NCBI RefSeq assembly: GCF_001194135.2
Contig: NC_068990.1
Location: 41,503,209 to 41,535,228 of the forward strand
Source of the DNA: Octopus bimaculoides
Taxonomy: Eukaryota
Reading direction: 5' to 3'
DNA: 32,020 bases
A model generated the notes under the pieces. It did not search any database. It worked only from the letters and a program-made list of their open reading frames with translations, and had not been told where the DNA came from. A program made the translations under genes and the position numbers. Of the stretch, positions 23,763-32,020 are shown piece by piece. The stretch's first letter is position 1. The number at the start of each line of letters is the position of its first letter.

Positions 23763-24409
23763 TATTAAGACAAGGATATAACATCCTCTTAAAGGTGTGT
23801 TGGCATCCAAATTCCCCGGTTTTATCCACCGTATCAGTGAAAAACCAATGATGTTAGTTTCGCATATGGCTATATTACAATGTTTGTATGAGAAATTGAT
23901 AATATAGACATTAATTTATTAGAACACATTCAGTTCTGAACAATATCAAATCTACTGTACCTGCAATTGTTTTTATATGCCCAAACAATTCAGTTTGAGA
24001 AATTAAATTAAATTAAATTAAATTAGAATTTCATAATGAATATCGTTAATTGGGCATTTCGTCAGGGGAAGACTTTGATAGAAGGGGGCTACATTGCAAT
24101 GTGTTGTTTGACCCTTGTTATACTCAGACATGCGCGTTTCAGCTACCAATGTATTTTTAAAAATCGTTACTTGTGTATATGTATATACAAATTTGTTAAT
24201 GCATTTGTTCGTGTGCGCGCGTAATGTGTTGAAAAACAAATGTATCCGTTAGTTAGCTTAAACAATATTTCGATACGATTACTTCATCAAAAAATTAAAA
24301 GAATATTCCTTAATTTACATTATTAGTTATGATAGTTCGAAATGTCAGTAAAGTATTTAATCACTTTATAATTCACACCGTTATAATCTCTAGCAAATAA
24401 ATTATTATT

Positions 24410-24539
24410 ATCATCATTATTATTATTATTATTATCATTCTTCTTCTTCTTCTTCTTCTTCTTCTTCTTCTTCTTCTTCTTCTTCTTCTTCTTCTTCTTC
24501 TTCTTCTTCTTCTTCTTCTTCTTCTTCTTCTTCTTCTTC
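24410..24539. repeat. (TTA)n then (TTC)n running into a gap
   Basis: Directly visible. Confidence 0.96.
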
Positions 24540-24877
24540 NNNNNNNNNNNNNNNNNNNNNNNNNNNNNNNNNNNNNNNNNNNNNNNNNNNNNNNNNNNNN
24601 NNNNNNNNNNNNNNNNNNNNNNNNNNNNNNNNNNNNNNNNNNNNNNNNNNNNNNNNNNNNNNNNNNNNNNNNNNNNNNNNNNNNNNNNNNNNNNNNNNNN
24701 NNNNNNNNNNNNNNNNNNNNNNNNNNNNNNNNNNNNNNNNNNNNNNNNNNNNNNNNNNNNNNNNNNNNNNNNNNNNNNNNNNNNNNNNNNNNNNNNNNNN
24801 NNNNNNNNNNNNNNNNNNNNNNNNNNNNNNNNNNNNNNNNNNNNNNNNNNNNNNNNNNNNNNNNNNNNNNNNNNNNN

Positions 24878-24910
<33 letters not shown>

Positions 24911-24935
24911 TATATACACACACACATGTACAACA

Positions 24936-25149
24936 AAGCGGCGAGCAGGCAGAAACGTTAGCACGCCGGGCGAAATGCTAAGCGGTATTTCGTCTGTCTT
25001 TCGTTGTGAGTTCAAATTTCGTCGAGGTCGACTTTGCATTTCATCTTTTCGGGGGGCGATAAATTAAATACCAGTTGCGTACTGGAGTTGAGCTAATCGA
25101 CTGGACCCTCCCCCAAAATTTCGGGCCTTGTGCCTGGAGCAGAAGAGAA
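24936..25149 (+). mobile_element. SINE family B, full length, least degenerate copy
   Basis: gcggcgagcaggcagaaacgttagcacgccgggcgaaatgc...gagttcaaatttc...gaggtcgactttgcatttcatc...gataaattaaataccag. Possible 8-bp TSD atgtacaa (24926-33 / 25153-60). Confidence 0.9.
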
Positions 25150-25150
25150 C

Positions 25151-25486
25151 ATATGTACAAAATATATTTAATTATAACAGTGAGAATATAATACGAAAGA
25201 TCATAATTGAAGAATAAAACTGAAAACCATTATTAAATTAATATGTAGTATCTTTAAATTAAAATTATCTGTTACTTTATAAATAATAATCACAGATTAG
25301 AAACGTATAGTGCTAAAAAGTGCAGGAGTATGTCAGCAACAGACGGAAAGTGTCCAGCAGTGGAGCTGGAATTACTAAATCTAGATTTTTGCTCCTTTGA
25401 GAGTCATCGGTACAAATTTCTACTAGCAACGGCAAGCTTAGATACATTTTGCGTATTATTATCACATACGCGCCGAGGAAAATGCA
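25151..25486 (+). repeat. Unclassified ~340-bp repeat X, copy 2
   Basis: Inverted homolog of 23229-23591. Confidence 0.92.
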
Positions 25487-26025
25487 AATAAAACAAATAA
25501 AAATAGAAAGATACGTTTTAGCAGATCCCAATGCTGGATGTTCAAGAACCAAATGAAGGGCAAATGTTCAATTGTGGGATCATCGTGATTCCAAAAAGGT
25601 ATATGTCTATGTAGAGCAATGTAGACTGAGGCACAGAGTTTCCAGACGGACAGACAACATTTCACTTTTATCATTACAGATGTTTTGAATGAATAGTGTT
25701 TTGTATAAGAACTCACTTATTTGACTATTCAAAATACTTATGAGTCTTGTCTTTACTAAACACACACGCACACACACACNNNNNNNNNNGTTGAACAAAT
25801 CGACGCCAGACACAGACAGCCAGACAAACAGACAGGCAGCGGTAATAAAACACTCAATGCCAGACGTTAGAAATTTCGTGAGCTAAACTCTTTCCTGCTT
25901 TCTGTGTTCTCAGTTGAAAAACCTTCCAAGCTCAACTATGCAGATCTTCGTTTCTGGGTTGACAAGCTACCAGTCAAGTAATATGGTCGATTGTCTGTCT
26001 GTCTGTTTCACTCTTCTCCTCTCAG

Positions 26026-26100
26026 AATTGGCTACATTCTGTTGAGAAAAAGGTCAATGGAGATCACGATGACCTGATTTACAGCACATCACGAACGGCT
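26026..26100 (+). CDS. Candidate internal exon (NWLHSVEKKVNGDHDDLIYSTSRTA) of a spectrin-repeat-like protein
   Basis: Strong acceptor ctgtttcactcttctcctctcAG, donor GCT|gtaaga, 75 nt, phase 0/0; the only fully open frame of the three. Supplies the WL..VE motif after EFE of the 19811 exon. Confidence 0.55.
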
Positions 26101-26968
26101 GTAAGATATATGTTGTCTAAGAATATATGTGTGTGTGTATTTATATATAGATAGATAGATAGATTTATATATATAGTACACATTCATATCTATATGTATG
26201 CATTCACACATTTACACATCTATATATATATAATAAATATATAGAAATGAGTATGCTTGTTTGTGTGTGCGTATATGTGTGAGTGTGAGTGTGCGTGTGT
26301 GTATATGTTTCTGTGTGAAGGAATATGTGTCATAGGCTCATATAACCATTGGAGACATGGGCTATTGTAGGTCGTTCGGAGAATGATCTGAAGTATTTAT
26401 ATCAATATGGGAATACAGCTGTCGTAGACGTTGCAGGGAACTCTAATTGCTTAAATTGATTGAATAGAAACACTTCAAAATTTCGCACACATTCACACAC
26501 ATAGACATAGACATGTACAAAGACATACACACACACACAAACACACACACACACACACACACANNNNNNNNNNNNNNNNNNNNNNNNNNNNNNNNNNNNN
26601 NNNNNNNNNNNNNNNNNNNNNNNNNNNNNNNNNNNNNNNNNNNNNNNNNNNNNNNNNNNNNNNNNNNNNNNNNNNNNNNNNNNNNNNNNNNNNNNNNNNN
26701 NNNNNNNNNNNNNNNNNNNNNNNNNNNNNNNNNNNNNNNNNNNNNNNNNNNNNNNNNNNNNNNNNNNNNNNNNNNNNNNNNNNNNNNNNNNNNNNNNNNN
26801 NNNNNNNNNNNNNNNNNNNNNNNNNNNNNNNNNNNNNNNNNNNNNNNNNNNNNNNNNNNNNNNNNNNNNNNNNNNNNNNNNNNNNNNNNNNNNNNNNNNN
26901 NNNNNNNNNNNNNNNNNNNNNNNNNNNNNNNNNNNNNNNNNNNNNNNNNNNNNNNNNNNNNNNNNNNN

Positions 26969-27013
<45 letters not shown>

Positions 27014-27563
27014 TATATATATATATACATATATGCGCATGCATTATGTAATATATACAGACATTTGCAAGGGAAGGACAGATTTGCGAAGAGACATGGC
27101 AGATAAAGAGTGTAGAGATTAAGAGGAATTAGTCATAGGTGACAGAAATAAGAATAAAAATCATGCATACGTTGACGGGTATTTCAAAATCACACACAAT
27201 AGAATACATACACACATGCATACATACATAAAACACACAGATACATACATACACACATATATACAAAGATAATTCAGACCTACATACATACATACATATA
27301 CACACATACACACATACACACACATACATATATACATATATATGCATGTGTGCATGTATATTGTATATGTGTGTGTATATGTGTATATGTATGTGTGTGT
27401 GTACATACATATATATATATACATATATGTATACGCATATCTACAAGAATATATATGTCTGTATATAGTTAAAATTTATAGAAAAACAAGACAAAGACAA
27501 TATACATATATATTTTTATATATGTACGTATGTATATAGATATATATATCTATGTATACATAC

Positions 27564-27596
<33 letters not shown>

Positions 27597-29505
27597 CGTG
27601 TGTGTGTGTGTGTATGTATGTGTACATAAATATATGTATATAAATGTATGTATATATATATGCAAATATCTATGTTAATTTGTCCATGCATACAGACGTG
27701 CACACACACNNNNNNNNNNNNNNNNNNNNNNNNNNNNNNNNNNNNNNNNNNNNNNNNNNNNNNNNNNNNNNNNNNNNNNNNNNNNNNNNNNNNNNNNNNN
27801 NNNNNNNNNNNNNNNNNNNNNNNNNNNNNNNNNNNNNNNNNNNNNNNNNNNNNNNNNNNNNNNNNNNNNNNNNNNNNNNNNNNNNNNNNNNNNNNNTATA
27901 TATATATATATATTTGCATGTATAGATATATGTTTATATATATACATATATATATATATATACACGCACACATACATATATAAACACTCTGACTGAATTT
28001 GAAAATTATACTCCCTTTGAAATAGATTCTAAATTTCTTGAAAATTACAATTTCTTCTTCTTGAGAATCCACAGTTAAGTAGAACTTTGATTTGTTTCTC
28101 CAGTTTATATGCAAATCTTGATTTATGGTAAAAGGGTTTTCCCAACGTCATTCAGTACATTTAGTACTACACTAACCATCACTATCTAAAATTGTGTTAT
28201 TAGTACAAAAGATAATTTCGCTAACTTTACGTACTTTAAACACATATGCATACATACATGTATATAAATATACATGTATATACATATACCTACATATATA
28301 TACATAAATATATCTATGTATGTGAATATATATATTTATATATATATACATATATACATACATACATACACATATATATGTATACATACACACACTCACA
28401 TATATGTGCATGTATATATATATATATGTATATATACGCACACTCACATATACACGTAGACATACATGTATATATACTCAGACTCACATATACATGCATA
28501 CGTGCATACATACACCTGTATACCATCTGAATTCTAGTGAGATATGTATGTCTGGCTCATAGACTTCTATTTTCTCATGACAAAGGTGCTTTAAGACCAA
28601 AATATTGAATTACAAAGCAAAAGTGTTAAGTGTATTCCGTTTTATTTTGTTTGACTTTAATTTACATTTCCTCCTTTCTATGGGATTGCCTGTCTGATAC
28701 ACTCTTAAATATGTATAAATTTATATCTGCAAACAATAGAAACGAGCGGTGAATACATGGAGTAGATTTTATGAATTTTTTTATATATTTTGTGATTCAC
28801 TCGAGCGTTACTCAGAGTTTTACACGACCCCCACAAGGTATATCTATCAGACAATATTGTTCATAATATTGTGAAATAAATCACAAGCATATATGACTTG
28901 CATGCATGTATCAAGCTCTCAGGGACGATGCAATGAATCACTGCATATTTTCCACTATATGCATATACATAGACACACACACTATATACATAAACACACA
29001 CACGCGCACACACATACACACACGCACACAGAAAAAAACATACTCACGCACACATACATACATACATACATACATACATACATACATACATGCTTCCTTT
29101 ATATATATCTATGATGTATGTATACGGTAAATAGGGCGAAAAGGCTGCAAATGAACGAGATGCAAAATATAAAACAAAAAATAACTACTTCCCATTACAT
29201 GCATTCAAATCTCTCCCTCTCTCCCGCTCTCTCTCTCTCTCTGTATATATNNNNNNNNNNNNNNNNNNNNNNNNNNNNNNNNNNNNNNNNNNNNNNNNNN
29301 NNNNNNNNNNNNNNNNNNNNNNNNNNNNNNNNNNNNNNNNNNNNNNNNNNNNNNNNNNNNNNNNNNNNNNNNNNNNNNNNNNNNNNNNNNNNNNNNNNNN
29401 NNNNNNNNNNNNNNNNNNNNNNNNNNNNNNNNNNNNNNNNNNNNNNNNNNNNNNNNNNNNNNNNNNNNNNNNNNNNNNNNNNNNNNNNNNNNNNNNNNNN
29501 NNNNN

Positions 29506-29542
<37 letters not shown>

Positions 29543-29589
29543 TATATGATATCCCTATATTCATGTATACCTATAACTATCAATCTATC

Positions 29590-29625
<36 letters not shown>

Positions 29626-29876
29626 GAGAAACACCGACACACACTCACACTCACACACACACACATACACATATGAGATAATGAGAAAATGAAGTGAAAA
29701 TAGAATAAAATAAAAACAGTCCCTGTCTTCGAGATCAGTTTAGTCTATTTTCTTCCCTGAGGGACTTTTCTGTAGAGATTTTATATTCTTTTCTTTGGCA
29801 TTTTTTTTCTTTTCCCGTTTTACTTTGTGTTTCTCCTGCTCTTCGTTTCCGTTTGTTATTCAATCTCATCCAACCC

Positions 29877-29879
<3 letters not shown>

Positions 29880-29908
<29 letters not shown>

Positions 29909-30052
29909 CCTCTCTTCTTCTTCTTCTTCTTCTTCTTCTTCTTCTTCTTCTTCTTCTTCTTCTTCTTCTTCTTCTTCTTCTTCTTCTTCTTCTTCTTCTT
30001 CTTCTTCTTCTTCTTCTTCTTCTTCTTCTTCTTCTTCTTCTTCTTCTTCTTC
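29880..30052. repeat. (TC)n then (TTC)n, about 45 units
   Basis: Directly visible. Confidence 0.97.
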
Positions 30053-30508
30053 CTGGCCACATCTCCGACAACAGAAACTGTGCTACACTATGCAGACCAA
30101 GTATACACACACACAACCACATATGTATACGTATGCACATACAAGCACATACACATATATGTAAGCCTCTGTGTGTGGATGTGCATATGTGTGCATGTGT
30201 GTGTTTGTGTGTGTGCATATTCTTACTCACATATATACAACTCGTACTTGCAAAGTGCAAGAGATTCTCAATTATACACCCTTCCATACATACACAACAA
30301 AATGCACATACATGCGCACGCACGCACGCTTAACACACACACATACACATATAAAGATGCACGCACACACAGGGATTCTGTAAATTCTCTGGAACATTCT
30401 TCGTCGCTATCCACCGCACCTCCTCCCCTCTTTATGTCTAATTAGGTTACAACCCTTTGTTAGAAGTGGTAGCAGCCCCGACTAGCGGGTAGCACTGGTG
30501 GGTAGATG

Positions 30509-30544
<36 letters not shown>

Positions 30545-31269
30545 NNNNNNNNNNNNNNNNNNNNNNNNNNNNNNNNNNNNNNNNNNNNNNNNNNNNNNNN
30601 NNNNNNNNNNNNNNNNNNNNNNNNNNNNNNNNNNNNNNNNNNNNNNNNNNNNNNNNNNNNNNNNNNNNNNNNNNNNNNNNNNNNNNNNNNNNNNNNNNNN
30701 NNNNNNNNNNNNNNNNNNNNNNNNNNNNNNNNNNNNNNNNNNNNNNNNNNNNNNNNNNNNNNNNNNNNNNNNNNNNNNNNNNNNNNNNNNNNNNNNNNNN
30801 NNNNNNNNNNNNNNNNNNNNNNNNNNNNNNNNNNNNNNNNNNNNNNNNNNNNNNNNNNNNNNNNNNNNNNNNNNNNNNNNNNNNNNNNNNNNNNNNNNNN
30901 NNNNNNNNNNNNNNNNNNNNNNNNNNNNNNNNNNNNNNNNNNNNNNNNNNNNNNNNNNNNNNNNNNNNNNNNNNNNNNNNNNNNNNNNNNNNNNNNNNNN
31001 NNNNNNNNNNNNNNNNNNNNNNNNNNNNNNNNNNNNNNNNNNNNNNNNNNNNNNNNNNNNNNNNNNNNNNNNNNNNNNNNNNNNNNNNNNNNNNNNNNNN
31101 NNNNNTATACATATATATACATACATATATACATACACACATACACACATATATATGTATATGTATACACCCCCACACACTCACCCGTATATTTAAATTT
31201 GTGAATGAATGGACAGATAGTAGATTTGCTTAGTAAAACTAGATCTGTGGGACTGAAGTCGATTGGAAA

Positions 31270-31385
31270 CTTATTTGTTGTTTTTGTTATTGTTGTTATT
31301 GTTGTTGTAGTTGTTGTTTCTTGTAGCTGTCGTTGCTGCAGTGGTTGCGACTGCGGCTGCAGCAGCTGCTGCTGCTGTCGTTGTT
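31270..31385. repeat. (GTT)n/(GCT)n imperfect trinucleotide tract
   Basis: Directly visible. Confidence 0.85.
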
Positions 31386-31819
31386 ACTTACCTTCGTCTT
31401 AGACCGGATCGGGTAAAAGTGTTCCGGTTAAGGCCAACTTGTCTTTGTATACTTTATGAAATACGCCTCCACAGGTCATCTCTGATCTTACAATTATGAC
31501 CAATGACATTCTAGATATGACTTACTCCTCCTTTAGTGGCTGTCTTTTATAGCATCTAGCGTCTCTCTTCTTTTCTCTTTTTTAAGACGTCAGAGTTTGG
31601 CATGTGTCGTTGGAGATTTGGCTTTTATTTCTAGCATGTAGTTCAGTCTTGTAGCGGTAATCTTTATTTAACACGTGATCTTTATGTGATCTTTATGTAA
31701 TCTTTATTTAACACGGTAATCTTTGTTTAGGACATGTTTCATTGTTATTTCTAGCTTGTCCACTGACCCTACTCAGACACCGTCTTTTACCTTTTATCTT
31801 GTGATTGTCTTTTGATTGC

Positions 31820-32005
31820 CTCAGTCATTAGACTGAGACCATGCTGGGGCACCGCCTCGAAGAACCTTTAGTGGAATGAATCGGCCTAGTACTTATTCTT
31901 TAAGCTTCGTACTTATTCTATCGGTCTTTTTTTGACGAACTGCTAATTTAGGGAGACAGAAACACACCAACCCTGGTTGTCAAGCGGAAGAGAATAGACA
32001 CAGAT
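31820..32005 (-). mobile_element. SINE family A, 3' half
   Basis: tcagtcattagactgagaccatgctggggcaccgcc...tacttattctatcggtcttttt...ggttgtcaagcg matches the 16179 copy. Confidence 0.85.
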
Positions 32006-32020
32006 ACAAAGCCCCCCCCC

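Noticed and set aside
6766-25149. tRNA-like A/B boxes
   Set aside because: All belong to SINE heads; none forms a complete tRNA cloverleaf.
31657-31728. Short 11-18-bp tandem units (gtgatctttat / gtaatctttatttaacac); similar 20-bp duplication at 9880-9921
   Set aside because: Ordinary slippage duplications; no unique spacers, so not CRISPR-like.

Overview
AT-rich, microsatellite-saturated eukaryotic draft-assembly DNA with 12 N-gaps and no long true ORF. Nearly all ORF-track entries are translations of simple repeats or gaps. The tRNA-derived SINE families and repeat landscape match what I recall of octopus (coleoid cephalopod) genomes; that species call is inference. Recognisable content: about 12 copies or fragments of two tRNA-SINE families, a decayed RTE-clade LINE fragment (about 5050-5858, +), a decayed Penelope-like element with a GIY-YIG endonuclease (18654-19410, -), and the 3' end of an R4/Dong-type LINE sitting inside a (TAA)n tract (22817-23038). 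There is also a minimal type I hammerhead-ribozyme motif of the Penelope-associated kind (2071-2127) and an unexplained ~350-bp inverted repeat pair (23229-23591 / 25151-25486). Small candidate exons on + (19811-19864, 26026-26100, possibly microexon 17783-17797) splice in frame into a spectrin-repeat-like helix, so the window may be mostly intronic sequence of a large spectrin-repeat gene. All alignments and translations were done by eye; nothing was searched or computed.
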